Source of the DNA: Myxococcales bacterium | GTDB taxonomy: Bacteria; Myxococcota_A; Polyangia; Polyangiales; DASUME01 | Assembly: GCA_047601445.1 (NCBI GenBank) | Contig: JASGJH010000001.1 | Location: 8,672,001-8,736,000, forward strand | Reading direction: 5' to 3' | Length of the DNA stretch: 64,000 nt | Shown: piece by piece, positions 29,931-39,817 of the stretch | How positions within the stretch are numbered: the first letter of the stretch is position 1 | Layout: each line of letters opens with the position of its first letter | Program-made: the position numbers and the translations under genes | Notes under the pieces: generated by a model | What the model was told of the DNA's origin: nothing | Databases searched by the model: none | Seen by the model: the letters and a program-made list of their open reading frames with translations, nothing else

Positions 29931-30863
29931 ATGAATGAAACTGGAATGGCCCTCGGCAACGAGGTCGCGTTGGGCAACCTGCCCATCGGCGTGCAGCACT
30001 TCATCAAGGCCGGCTGTCACTTCGGGCACCAGACCAAGCGTTGGAACCCCCGCATGCGCCCGTTCATCTACGGCGCGCGCAACGGCATCCACATCATCGA
30101 CCTCGACCAGACCGCGCAGCTCTTCCGCCGCGCCTACAACTTCGTGCTCGAGGCCGTCGGTCGCGGTGGTCACGTGCTCTTCGTGGGCACCAAGCGCCAG
30201 GCCCAGGACATCATCCAGGAAGAGGCCGCGCGCGCGGGTCAGTTCTTCGTGAACGACCGCTGGCTGGGCGGCACGCTCACCAACTTCCGCACCATCAAGA
30301 CCGGCATCGAGCGTCTCCGTGGCCTCGAGCGCATGATCGAAGACGGCACGATGGACGGCCTGCCCAAGAAGGAAGCCCTCATGCTCAACCGCGAGCGTGA
30401 GAAGCTGGAGAAGTTCCTGGGCGGCATCAAGGCCATGAACGGCCTGCCCGCCGCCATCTTCGTGGTCGATCCGCACCACGAGCACATCGCCGTGCGCGAG
30501 GGCCGCCGGCTGAACATCCCGATCGTCGCCATCACGGACACCAACTGCGATCCCGATCAGATCGACTTCGTGATCCCGGCCAACGACGACGCGATTCGCT
30601 CCGTCAAGCTCATCACCTCGCGCATCGCTGACGCGGCCATCGAAGGCACGCAGCGTCGTCGCGAGTTCCGCAGCGAAGGCCAGGGCCAGAGCCAGCGTCC
30701 CGAAGGCGGCGCGGTGGCCGTGGAGTTCTCGCGTGGTCGTCGTGGTGGCCAGGGCGGCGGCCAGGGTGGTCGCGGTGGACGTCGCGGTGGCTCCAATGCC
30801 CCCACCGAGTCCACGGAGTCCGAGGCACCCGCCGGCGAGACCCCCGAGGCCGAGCAGGAATAA
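29931..30863 (+). CDS. rpsB: 30S ribosomal protein S2
   Basis: [45 protein letters not shown]; Gly/Arg-rich then acidic tail. Confidence 0.98.
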   Translation: MNETGMALGNEVALGNLPIGVQHFIKAGCHFGHQTKRWNPRMRPFIYGARNGIHIIDLDQTAQLFRRAYNFVLEAVGRGGHVLFVGTKRQAQDIIQEEAARAGQFFVNDRWLGGTLTNFRTIKTGIERLRGLERMIEDGTMDGLPKKEALMLNREREKLEKFLGGIKAMNGLPAAIFVVDPHHEHIAVREGRRLNIPIVAITDTNCDPDQIDFVIPANDDAIRSVKLITSRIADAAIEGTQRRREFRSEGQGQSQRPEGGAVAVEFSRGRRGGQGGGQGGRGGRRGGSNAPTESTESEAPAGETPEAEQE

Positions 30864-30919
30864 CTCCACAGTTTTGATTCAAACCGCGCGCCCGCGCGTG
30901 AGCACGAGAGGGTATCTCC

Positions 30920-31594
30920 ATGGCGATTACGGCCCAACAGGTTAAGGCCCTGCGCGACCGCACTGGCGCAGGCATGATGGATTGCAAGAACGCTCTGGAA
31001 GAGGTCGGCGGCGACGAAGAAAAGGCCGTGGACCTGATCCAGAAGAAGGGTCTCGCCAAGGTCGCGAAGAAGGCGGGAGCCATCGCGGCCGAGGGCGTCA
31101 TCCACGCCTACATCCATGCGGGTAGCCGCATCGGCGTGTTGGTGGAGGTTAACTGTCAGACCGATTTCGTCGCGCGCAGCCCCGAGTTCCTCGAGCTGGT
31201 GAACGGCGTCGGCCTGCAGATCGCCTCCATGACCCCGCAGTTCGTGCGTCGCTCGGACATCACGGCGGACGCGCTTCAGAAGCAGAAGGAGATCTTCCTC
31301 GGCCAGATGGACGAGGAGGAGGCCAACACTGGCAAGAAGCGTCCGGCCGAGGTGAAGGAAAAGATCGTGCTCGGCAAGCTCGACAAGTGGCAGTCCGAGA
31401 TCTGCCTCGACGAGCAGCCCGCGGTGATCAGCGAGGAGGGCAAGACCATCGCCCAACTCGCCGAGGAGCTGTCGGCCAAGATCGGCGAGAAGATCGCGGT
31501 GCGCCGTTTCGTGCGCTACGAGCTCGGCGAGGGCATCGAGAAGAAGAAGACCGATTTCGCGGCCGAGATCGCCGAGACCCTCAAGGGCGCCTGA
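30920..31594 (+). CDS. tsf: Elongation factor Ts (short form)
   Basis: LRDRTGAGMMDCK, EVNCQTDFVAR, RRFVRYELGEG. Confidence 0.97.
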   Translation: MAITAQQVKALRDRTGAGMMDCKNALEEVGGDEEKAVDLIQKKGLAKVAKKAGAIAAEGVIHAYIHAGSRIGVLVEVNCQTDFVARSPEFLELVNGVGLQIASMTPQFVRRSDITADALQKQKEIFLGQMDEEEANTGKKRPAEVKEKIVLGKLDKWQSEICLDEQPAVISEEGKTIAQLAEELSAKIGEKIAVRRFVRYELGEGIEKKKTDFAAEIAETLKGA

Positions 31595-31648
31595 CGTCAG
31601 TTCGTTCGTCAGGCGTCTGGGGTGCGTACATCGCGCCCTGAGAATCGG

Positions 31649-31687
31649 AAACCCCGGGCGCTGCATGCGGCCGGGGTTTTTGTTTGT
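31649..31687 (+). terminator. Rho-independent terminator after tsf
   Basis: aaaccccgg...ccggggttt followed by a T-tract. Confidence 0.7.
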
Positions 31688-31746
31688 TAGTGTTGCTCGC
31701 GGTCGCGGCGAGCGGGCCCAGGGCGTAAGCCCACGAGGAGAACGAC

Positions 31747-32502
31747 ATGGAAACGAGTTCGACGCTCAAACACACTCGGATTCTGCTCAAGCTCTCCGGC
31801 GAGGCTCTCTGTGGCAGCATTGGCGGCTTCGGAATCGACCCGGACACGCTGCGCGAGATCTGCAGCGAGCTCGCGGAGGTTCACGCGCTCGGAGCACAGC
31901 TCGGCCTGGTCATCGGAGGTGGCAACATCTTCCGCGGGCTCAAGGGCAGCGCCCAGGGCATGGACCGCACTTCGGCGGACTACATGGGCATGCTGGCCAC
32001 GGTGATCAACGGCCTCGCGGTGCAAGACGCGCTCGAGAAGCAAGGCGTCCCTACGCGCGTGATGACCCCGCTGCAGATCAACCAGGTCGCCGAGCCCTAC
32101 ATCCGGCGCCGTGCGGTGCGTCATCTGGAGAAGGGCCGCGTGGTGATCTTCGCGGCCGGCACGGGCAACCCGTACTTCTCCACGGACACTGCGGCTGCCC
32201 TGCGCGCCATGGAGATCCAGGCCGAGGTTCTGTGCAAGGCCACCAAGGTCGACGGCGTGTTCACCAAGGACCCCATCAAGTTCCCCGACGCGACCATGTT
32301 TCGTCGGCTCAGCTACGATCGCTTCCTGCAGGAGCGTATCGGTGTGATGGACTCCACGGCGGTGACCCTGTGCCGCGATAACAAGCTGCCAATTCGCGTG
32401 TTTGCCCTGGGTGAGCGCGGCAACATCCAGCGCGTGGTCCAGGGCGAGGACATCGGGACACTGGTGGCCGAGCACGGCGAGTCATTGGCAGAGCGCGCGT
32501 GA
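31747..32502 (+). CDS. pyrH: UMP kinase
   Basis: [35 protein letters not shown]. Confidence 0.97.
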   Translation: METSSTLKHTRILLKLSGEALCGSIGGFGIDPDTLREICSELAEVHALGAQLGLVIGGGNIFRGLKGSAQGMDRTSADYMGMLATVINGLAVQDALEKQGVPTRVMTPLQINQVAEPYIRRRAVRHLEKGRVVIFAAGTGNPYFSTDTAAALRAMEIQAEVLCKATKVDGVFTKDPIKFPDATMFRRLSYDRFLQERIGVMDSTAVTLCRDNKLPIRVFALGERGNIQRVVQGEDIGTLVAEHGESLAERA

Positions 32503-32568
32503 TTACGATAGGTTGAGGGGATCGCTTCGACGCGCGCCAGACGCGCGCGAACGGAATGGGAGGCCAGC

Positions 32569-33127
32569 ATGATCGACGACATTCTGGGAGAGTTGAAGGC
32601 GGACATCGCCAAGTCGCACGACGTGCTGAAGAATTCGCTATCGCGGGTACGCACGGGCCGAGCCAATGCGAGCCTGCTCGACGGCGTGCGAGTGGATTAC
32701 TGGGGGACGCCCACGCCCATCGGCCAGATGGCCACGGTCAGCGTGCCCGAGGCGCGCATGATCCTGATCAAGGTCTGGGACAAGCAGAACGTGAAAGCCG
32801 TGGAGAAGGCCATCATCCAGGGCGATCTCGGCCTGAACCCGCAGGTGGACGGCGACCTTCTGCGCTTGCCCATGCCGCCGCTCAACGAGGAGCGCCGTCG
32901 CGATCTCACCAAGGTCGTGCGCAAGACCGGCGAAGAATCCAAGGTCGGCATTCGCAAGCACCGCCAGGATGCGCGCGCGATGCTCGAAAACCTCAAGGAC
33001 GAGGGCGAGGCGGGCGAAGACGAAGTGGATCGCGCGCTGAAGAAGGTGGACGAGCTGGTGCAGGCGGGGACCCACACCGTCGACGAGAATCGTCGCCAAG
33101 AAGGAAAAGGACATCATGGAGGTCTGA
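32569..33127 (+). CDS. frr: Ribosome recycling factor, with an apparent 1-base insertion at 33088-33089
   Basis: RTGRA, DLGLNP, PPLNEERR; conserved end IVAKKEKDIMEV* is in the +1 frame; repaired length 185 aa. Confidence 0.95.
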
Positions 33128-33233
33128 CCCGGGTAGGCAGGGGCGCTGGCGGCCCCGCTCCTCGGTGGTGTCCCGATGTCGGCACGTCGAAGGCCGCGCT
33201 TGCTCCTCGTGAGCCCGCGCGGCCTTCTCGCGT

Positions 33234-35705
33234 TCAGCGCCTGCGCTTGCTCTTGCGCTCGTCCTTTTGACGGCGCTCGCGACGCTTCTCGCGCTTGACC
33301 TCTTCCTTGCGCTGGTCCTGGCGCTTGCCGTGCGGGTGGTGAGCCCCCCAGCTGCCCTTCTTGCCCGGGCGGCGATCGTCGTCCTGGCGACGCTCGTCTT
33401 GCCGCTGATTCTGCTGCTTGCGCTTCGGGGGCCGCCGTCCATTGCCGCGTGCCTCTGCGGGGACGAAGCTCTGGTCGTCGAAGTCATCGGGGCGCAGGTA
33501 CACCACCGGCGCTGCCAGGATGGAGCGCTCGGACACGTTCACGCTCTCGAGCCGCACCGTGAGCCGGTCTCCGAGGCCGTAGCTCGCCCCGGAGCGCCGC
33601 CCCACCAGTCGCAGGCCGTGGCGATCGAGCTCGTAGAAGTCGTTGCCCAGCGCGGTGACGTGGCAGAGGCCTTCTACGAAGGGCTCGTCGAAGGAGCAGT
33701 AGATGCCGTGCGGCGCCACGCCCGTGACGGTGGCCTCGAACTCTTCACCCACGCGATCCTTCACCAGGATGCAGCGGTAGACGTCCTTGACCTCGCGCTC
33801 CACCAGCATGGCGCGACGCTCGAGCTTGCTCGCATTGGTGGCCTGGTCGCGCAGGCGCGACTCGAGACCCTTCATGTCGATGGGCTCCTTGCGCGCCAAC
33901 ATGCGCACCACGCGGTGCACGGCCAGATCCGGATAGCGCCGGATGGGGCTTGTGAAGTGCAGGTAGTGCTCGGCGGCGAGTCCGAAGTGCCCCACGTTCA
34001 CCGTGTCGTAGCTGGCCTGCTGCATGGCGCGCAGGAGCAGATACGAGAGCGAGCTCTTGTGCGGTGAGTCTTCGAGCTTCTGGAGGAAGTGGCTGAGCTC
34101 CTTGGGGCTCGTGGATTCCTCGGTCTCGAGTTGGTAGCCGAGCGCCTGGGCCAAGCCGGCGAACTGCTCGAGCCGGTCGGCGTCTGGCAGGCCGTGCACG
34201 CGGTAGATGGCCGGCACCTTGCGGCGTGCGAGGTCGGCCGCCACGGTCTCGTTGGCCAGCAGCATCATCTCTTCGACGAGCTGATACGCCTTGCGGACGC
34301 CCGGATCCTTGCGCGACCGGAGCACGTCGGTGGGCTCGCCGGTCTGCTCGTCGAGCTGCACGATGGGCTCGGGCAGATCGAAGTCCATGGAGCCGCGCTT
34401 CATGCGCCGATTGCGCAGCACCATGGCGCACTCGTGGAGCACCTCGAGCATGGGCAGGAGCTTCACCGCGGCGCGTTCGTTCCGACCTTCCTTGGTGAGT
34501 CCGAGCGCCTGGGCGACACCCTCGTAGGTGAGCCCCGCCTTGCAGCGCATCACGCCCTCGACGTAACGGAACGAGCGCACCTGGCCGTTCGAGGCCAGAT
34601 CCATGTCGACCGCCAAGGTGAGCCGATCCTTGCCGGCCACCAGCGACGCCAGGTTGCTGCTCAGTTCGTGCGGCAACATGGGGATCGCGCGATCGGGCAG
34701 GTAGATGGACGTGCTGCGCTCGATGGCCTCGGCGTCGAGCGCGGTGCCTTCGCGCACGTAGTGGGACACGTCGGCGATGGCGACCACCACGCGGAAGCCG
34801 CCGTGGGGGCGCCGCTCGATGAAGATGGCGTCGTCGTGATCGCGCGCGGTGATGGGGTCGATGGTGACGAGGTCGAGATCGCGCAGATCCTCGCGCTCGC
34901 GTCGGTCCCTGGGGTTGATGCGATCGCCATAGGCGCGCGCCTCCGCGAGCACCTCGTCCGGGAACTCTTCGCGGATGCTCTCGCGCAGCTTGATCTTGGC
35001 GACCTCGACCTCGGCGCTGCCTTCGACGCCGAGCACGCGCACCACGTGGGCTTCGGGGGGACGACCGTCCTCGAAGTAGCGCTCGATCTCGGCTACCACG
35101 GCGATGCCGGGAACCGCGTCGCCGGGTACGCGCCCCACCACGTTCACGCGCGACGGAAGCCGCGCGTCGTTGGGCGTGATGACCAAGCCGCGTTCGGCCT
35201 GGGACAACAGGCCTGCCACGTACTTGAGGCCGCGCTGCAGCACCGCTACGACGGTGCCCTCGAAGCCGCGCTCGCCGCGTCGCACGCTGACGGCCACACG
35301 GTCGCCGTGCAGCGCGCCGAGCAGTTCGGACTGGGCCACGAACACGTCGTCGGTGCCGTCTTCGCAGGTGACGAAGCCGTGTCCACGCGGCTGGATGCGC
35401 AGCACGCCCAGTTTGGCGGTGGGCGCCACCTTGCGCGGGGTGTCGGCGTAGAGGCGGGTAGTCTCCTTGGGTTCGGGCGCCTTGCGCTTGATCTCGTGGG
35501 CCTTGAGCGCGCGAAAGCGCAGCCCCGGGAGCTCTTGCGCTACCCCTTCTTCACACAGGGCCTCGAGGGCGGCGCGCACGTCGTCGCGGCGTTGTCCGGG
35601 TAAGTCGAGGCGGGCGCACACTTCCATCACATGGAGCGCGCGGTTCTTGGCTTCTCTGAGCAGGGAAAGGACCTCATGGAGGTCGATGTTTTGGTTGGAT
35701 TTCAA
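33234..35705 (-). CDS. rnr: Ribonuclease R
   Basis: Cold-shock domains, TIDP..ARDHDDA, HFTSPIRRYPDL, S1 domain, basic tail. Confidence 0.95.
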   Translation of the reverse strand: MKSNQNIDLHEVLSLLREAKNRALHVMEVCARLDLPGQRRDDVRAALEALCEEGVAQELPGLRFRALKAHEIKRKAPEPKETTRLYADTPRKVAPTAKLGVLRIQPRGHGFVTCEDGTDDVFVAQSELLGALHGDRVAVSVRRGERGFEGTVVAVLQRGLKYVAGLLSQAERGLVITPNDARLPSRVNVVGRVPGDAVPGIAVVAEIERYFEDGRPPEAHVVRVLGVEGSAEVEVAKIKLRESIREEFPDEVLAEARAYGDRINPRDRREREDLRDLDLVTIDPITARDHDDAIFIERRPHGGFRVVVAIADVSHYVREGTALDAEAIERSTSIYLPDRAIPMLPHELSSNLASLVAGKDRLTLAVDMDLASNGQVRSFRYVEGVMRCKAGLTYEGVAQALGLTKEGRNERAAVKLLPMLEVLHECAMVLRNRRMKRGSMDFDLPEPIVQLDEQTGEPTDVLRSRKDPGVRKAYQLVEEMMLLANETVAADLARRKVPAIYRVHGLPDADRLEQFAGLAQALGYQLETEESTSPKELSHFLQKLEDSPHKSSLSYLLLRAMQQASYDTVNVGHFGLAAEHYLHFTSPIRRYPDLAVHRVVRMLARKEPIDMKGLESRLRDQATNASKLERRAMLVEREVKDVYRCILVKDRVGEEFEATVTGVAPHGIYCSFDEPFVEGLCHVTALGNDFYELDRHGLRLVGRRSGASYGLGDRLTVRLESVNVSERSILAAPVVYLRPDDFDDQSFVPAEARGNGRRPPKRKQQNQRQDERRQDDDRRPGKKGSWGAHHPHGKRQDQRKEEVKREKRRERRQKDERKSKRRR

Positions 35706-35717
35706 GTGTCGTGTCTT

Positions 35718-37043
35718 TCAGCGCAGCGCGTACAGGCTGCCGTCGTCGGCCCCGACGAAAAGGGTGCCCCGCGAGTCGATCACGGGGCTCGAGTCCACGT
35801 CTCGGCCGATGTTGTGTCGGAAAATGAGCTGCCCATCCGGGGTCAGCCCGTAGACGAAGTCGTCCTGGGAACCAAAGTAGATGCGCCCGGCGCGGTCGAT
35901 GCGCGCGCTCGATCGGATGCGCCCCGCGGTGGCGAAGCGCCACTTGAGCGAGCCGTCGGGACGGAGCGCGTAGAGGTTGCGGTCGTAGGAGCCCACGATG
36001 ATGCTGCCGTCAAAGGCCAGCGCAGGCGTCGCACGCACGTCGTCGCCGGTGTCGTAGCGCCAGAGCTGTTGGCCCTTGGCATCGAAGCAGAGCACTTGAC
36101 CGAGATCGTTGCCGATCACGATTCGCCCGTCCTCGGTGACGGTGGCCCCAGCGTCCATGTTCGCTCCGGCGTCGACCTCGAATGCCAAGGTGCCGTCGGT
36201 CTTGAGTGCGATCAGCTTGCCTTGGGCGGTGCCGAACACCACGAGCCCGGCCGGATGCAGGGCGGGGGCGCTTCTCACGTGGCTGCCCACGGCGTAGTGC
36301 CAGTGCAGGTTGCCGGCCGGGTCGAACGCGTAGAGGCCATCGGCCGCGACGTAGATCTTGCCGTCGGCGGCCAGCACGGGGCTGGCGTCGATGCCGTCAC
36401 TGAGCTTGTGTTGCCAGCGCACCTGACCGTGCGGCGTGAGGGCCACCAGCGTGCCGTCGAGGGAGCCGGCGATCACGTCGCCCTTTTCGGTGATCAGGGC
36501 GCTCGCGTAGTACTTACCGGTGCCGCTGTAGCGGAAGCGTAGCGCGCCGTCGGCGGTGACCGCGGTGAGCGACTGATCGAGCGAGCCGACCACGATGTCG
36601 CCACTTTGCGTGATCACCGCGGAGGCGTAGATGCGCGAGCCGGTATGGTAGGTCCAGGCGGGCTGCACCGGGCCTCGGGGGCCTTCGAACGGAAGGCGTC
36701 CCGTGCGTCGGGAGTCGCCCATGAACATGGTGGTCCCGCCCAGGTTCGAGCTATTGGCTTCGGGCGCCGCGCCCACCGTCGTGTTCGTGCCTGTGGCGGT
36801 CGGTTCGCCGCCGGTCGTGGGCTCGCCATTGATGGCATCGGTGACCGCGGCGTCGTGCTGCGCGAACTCGCGCTTCACGTCGTCGAGGAAACGACAACGC
36901 CCCTCGTGGCAGATGCGATCCGCGTGGCACTCGCGATCCGACATGCAGGGACCGCTGGAGGCTGTGGGGTGACAAGCAGACAGACCCAGCGGGCCGAGCA
37001 GGGTCGCGGACAGCGCGAGGACAACAAACGAAAACGGACGCAC
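35718..37043 (-). CDS. PQQ-binding-like beta-propeller lipoprotein with small N-terminal Cys-rich module
   Basis: Lipobox LSAC, C..D.EC....C..G.C, repeated GS.D..LYAL..DG..W blades. Confidence 0.85.
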   Translation of the reverse strand: MRPFSFVVLALSATLLGPLGLSACHPTASSGPCMSDRECHADRICHEGRCRFLDDVKREFAQHDAAVTDAINGEPTTGGEPTATGTNTTVGAAPEANSSNLGGTTMFMGDSRRTGRLPFEGPRGPVQPAWTYHTGSRIYASAVITQSGDIVVGSLDQSLTAVTADGALRFRYSGTGKYYASALITEKGDVIAGSLDGTLVALTPHGQVRWQHKLSDGIDASPVLAADGKIYVAADGLYAFDPAGNLHWHYAVGSHVRSAPALHPAGLVVFGTAQGKLIALKTDGTLAFEVDAGANMDAGATVTEDGRIVIGNDLGQVLCFDAKGQQLWRYDTGDDVRATPALAFDGSIIVGSYDRNLYALRPDGSLKWRFATAGRIRSSARIDRAGRIYFGSQDDFVYGLTPDGQLIFRHNIGRDVDSSPVIDSRGTLFVGADDGSLYALR

Positions 37044-37088
37044 GTGGGCCGGAAGGTAGCAGATTGGCCGAAAATTGCCCCGCCCCCG

Positions 37089-38915
37089 CTAGGGAGCCCG
37101 CTCCAGCCAGTAGAACGTGTCGTCCCCCAGCACCACCGCGACCCGCCGCCCGGAAGGGCTCACGGCTGCCTCACGGGCCGCCTTGCCGAGGCTCAGGTAT
37201 CCCTCGGGCCGCCAAAGCTCGACCTCCCCATTGCGCACGCCGTGGACCAGCACGCCGAACGGTGTGGCCTCCACGTAGCGGGCGCCATCGGGGGTCGCCG
37301 CGCCTGAGGGCAGCGGAGCGGGTGGCGGGGTTTGGGGCTCCAGCTCGCGGGGCTCACCAGCAGGCTTGCCGGCCAGATCGAGGGGCACGATGCGCAGCTG
37401 GCTGCCGCGCGCGACGACGGCCCCCTGCGGGGCCCAGCCGAGGACCACGAAGCCGCCCGCCTGGGCGCGCTGAGCGCTCTTGAGGCCACAATCGGGTGGG
37501 TTGGACTCGGCCAGCAGCGGCACCGACTGGGCCCCTGGCAGCCGCACGTAGGGCTCGCCCAAGGCCGGAGCTCGCTCGACCCGCAGCGAGTAACCCGTGC
37601 AGGCATGGTCGATTTGCGTGATCGCTAGCTGTCCGCCGGGGTCGCGCACGAGTGCGTCTGCGGGGACGTGAGCAGGACTTTCCTGGCCGCTGGCTAGGTC
37701 GTAGAGCGCGGGCTCTCGCCGCTGCAGCAGCAGGCTGTTCTCACTCAAGAAGCGCGCAGCGGGCAGGTGTACGGGCGGGCTTTGGAGCGGTTCCACGCGC
37801 GTCCCGCGGTGAAGCGTGATGCCTGGCGTGGCAGGCAAGGTGGCGAGCACCGCGTCGAGCTTCTGCAGGGTGCGCTCGTCGATGCTTCCGGCCACGCCCT
37901 TGAGCTCGCGATACGCGTCGAGTGCTTGGGCAACCTGCCCCTGGCGGGCCTGTGCCTCCGTGAACGCCAACAACGCGTCGAGTTCGCTCTTGCCGCGTCC
38001 GCAGACCACGCCCGGGCTGTCCGAAAACCACAACTCCGGCGCGCCCGCTTCGCGACACAGGGCACGCCGTGTCTTCAGTACCATCGCCGCCCGCTCGGCG
38101 GCCTGATCGGGAGCCTTGGCCGCCAGTGCTTTGGCTGCGGCTGCCCACGCCGCGAGGGTGTTCTCCGGCTCGCGCAAGTCGCGCACCAAGCCGCTCGCGC
38201 GGTCGAACCAGACGAGCTGCAGAAGGCTGTCGGTCTCCGCGAAGCCCACGGGCTTGAGCGTCAGCGCGATGTCCTCGTGGCCGTCGCCGTCGCTGTCCTG
38301 GCTGCTCACCGTGATCGTAAACGTGGGGCTCGCGCCCGCGGGCACGCGCTGGGTGACGCGGTCGAAGATGCGCGGCGTCGGCTCCAGCGAGAGCAGGACG
38401 TAGCTCGTGGGTTCGGCGACTTTGTTGGAGTCGCAGGCGCGCTCGAAGGTCGCGAGTGCCTTGCTCGGTGAGAGCGCCGCCAGCTCCGCACGCTCGACCG
38501 TGCAGGGCGAAAGCTCGGCACGCGCCGGTAGCAGCAAGATCTCCTTGGGGTTCTCGAAGCGCGCGCCCTCGCGCAGAGCCACCACCAGATGGGCTCCGCC
38601 CTGGGCATCCTCGAGCAGTGCCAAGACATCGCGATCGCCATCTTGATCGAGGTCGACGGCGAGACTGCTGCGCACGCCCGACCAGGGCAGCTTGGCGCCC
38701 TCGAGCTCCGGCACCGCGGCATCGCGTCCATAGCTCGCGGCGACACCGAGCGTAGCCTGGGAGCCGTCCGCGCCATCGGCCCCGGCGTCACTGGGGGAGA
38801 GCTTGAACGGCACCTTGGGGCCATCGCCCGGGTTGCAGCGCTCACAACCCTCGCCCGCGCCGAACGCGGTGAGCAGAGCCAACCCAAAAATCGAGCGTCG
38901 TAGGGTCTCGCGCAT
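37089..38915 (-). CDS. Hypothetical exported protein
   Basis: Signal peptide ending EGC; DLDQDGDRD and DSDGDGHED FG-GAP-like Ca-binding loops. Confidence 0.65.
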   Translation of the reverse strand: MRETLRRSIFGLALLTAFGAGEGCERCNPGDGPKVPFKLSPSDAGADGADGSQATLGVAASYGRDAAVPELEGAKLPWSGVRSSLAVDLDQDGDRDVLALLEDAQGGAHLVVALREGARFENPKEILLLPARAELSPCTVERAELAALSPSKALATFERACDSNKVAEPTSYVLLSLEPTPRIFDRVTQRVPAGASPTFTITVSSQDSDGDGHEDIALTLKPVGFAETDSLLQLVWFDRASGLVRDLREPENTLAAWAAAAKALAAKAPDQAAERAAMVLKTRRALCREAGAPELWFSDSPGVVCGRGKSELDALLAFTEAQARQGQVAQALDAYRELKGVAGSIDERTLQKLDAVLATLPATPGITLHRGTRVEPLQSPPVHLPAARFLSENSLLLQRREPALYDLASGQESPAHVPADALVRDPGGQLAITQIDHACTGYSLRVERAPALGEPYVRLPGAQSVPLLAESNPPDCGLKSAQRAQAGGFVVLGWAPQGAVVARGSQLRIVPLDLAGKPAGEPRELEPQTPPPAPLPSGAATPDGARYVEATPFGVLVHGVRNGEVELWRPEGYLSLGKAAREAAVSPSGRRVAVVLGDDTFYWLERAP

Positions 38916-38978
38916 CAGGGCTGCCCCGGTGTACCAGAAGTGGTGCGACCCACAAGGATCGTCCGCTAGGCTTGGTGC

Positions 38979-39786
38979 GTGGCCCCACTGATCACCTTGA
39001 CCACGGACTTCGGCACGCGCGACAGCTACGTGGCGCAGCTCAAGGCCGTGTTGTTCGCGGAGGGGCCCGGCGATCTGCGTGTGACCGATCTGTCGCACGA
39101 GCTCGCGCCCTTCGACGTGCAGGCGGCGGCGTGGTTCGTGGCCGAAGCGCTGCCGCGTTTTCCGGCGGGCTCGGTTCACCTGGTGGTGGTGGACCCCGGC
39201 GTGGGCAGCGCGCGCACGCCCATCATGGCGCGCGTCGGTGACCAGCTCGTGGTGGGTCCGGACAACGGCGTGTTCGGCGCGCTTTTCGACGGAGGCGAGA
39301 ATCGTGTTCGCGATCGACCCCGCGATGCTCGATACGCGCCTTGGTCCTCGTACCCTCAGCAGCACCTTCCATGGGCGCGATCTGTTCGCGCCGGTGGCCG
39401 CGCGTCTTGCGGGGGGCGCGCGCTGCGAGGAGCTCGGCCGACGCATCGACCTGTATCAGACGTTGCAGCGCCCGGAGGCCACGCAGACCCCGACCGGCCT
39501 TCGGGGACAGGTTCTGCACGTGGATCGCTACGGTAACCTGATCACCAATCTGGCGGGCTCTGCGCTGCGCGAGCTGGCCGGCGTCGGGGAGCTCCAATTT
39601 CAGATCTTGGGGCAGCAGATTCGTGTGCTCCGCGATCACTACGCGGAGGTTGCGCCTGGCGCGTTGGTGGCCCTGGTCGGGTCGGGCGGCTTCCTCGAGC
39701 TGTCGGTGCGCGAGGGCAGCGCCGCCCAGCAGTTGGGAGCGGGGCGTGGCGCCGAGATCAACGTGAGCACCGTGAAAAGCAGCTGA
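38979..39786 (+). CDS. SAM hydroxide adenosyltransferase (DUF62, SAM hydrolase/halogenase family), split by a 1-base frameshift near 39283-39301
   Basis: LTTDFG, VVDPGVG..R and GPDNG in one frame; STFHGRD, VDRYGNLITN and LELSV in the +1 frame; repaired length 268 aa. Confidence 0.9.
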
Positions 39787-39817
39787 CGAAGCCGGCCCGG
39801 TTGCGTAGCTTTTCGGG

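Noticed and set aside
30920..31594. Truncated tsf
   Set aside because: Short EF-Ts of about 200-220 aa is a known natural form and both ends are intact
33128..33270. Genuine C-terminal extension of RRF
   Set aside because: It results from the frameshift, has poor codon bias and overlaps rnr
38979..39786. Fluorinase/chlorinase (halogenase)
   Set aside because: Has the TFHGRD His and DPGVG..R residues of SAM hydrolases, and there is no biosynthetic cluster nearby
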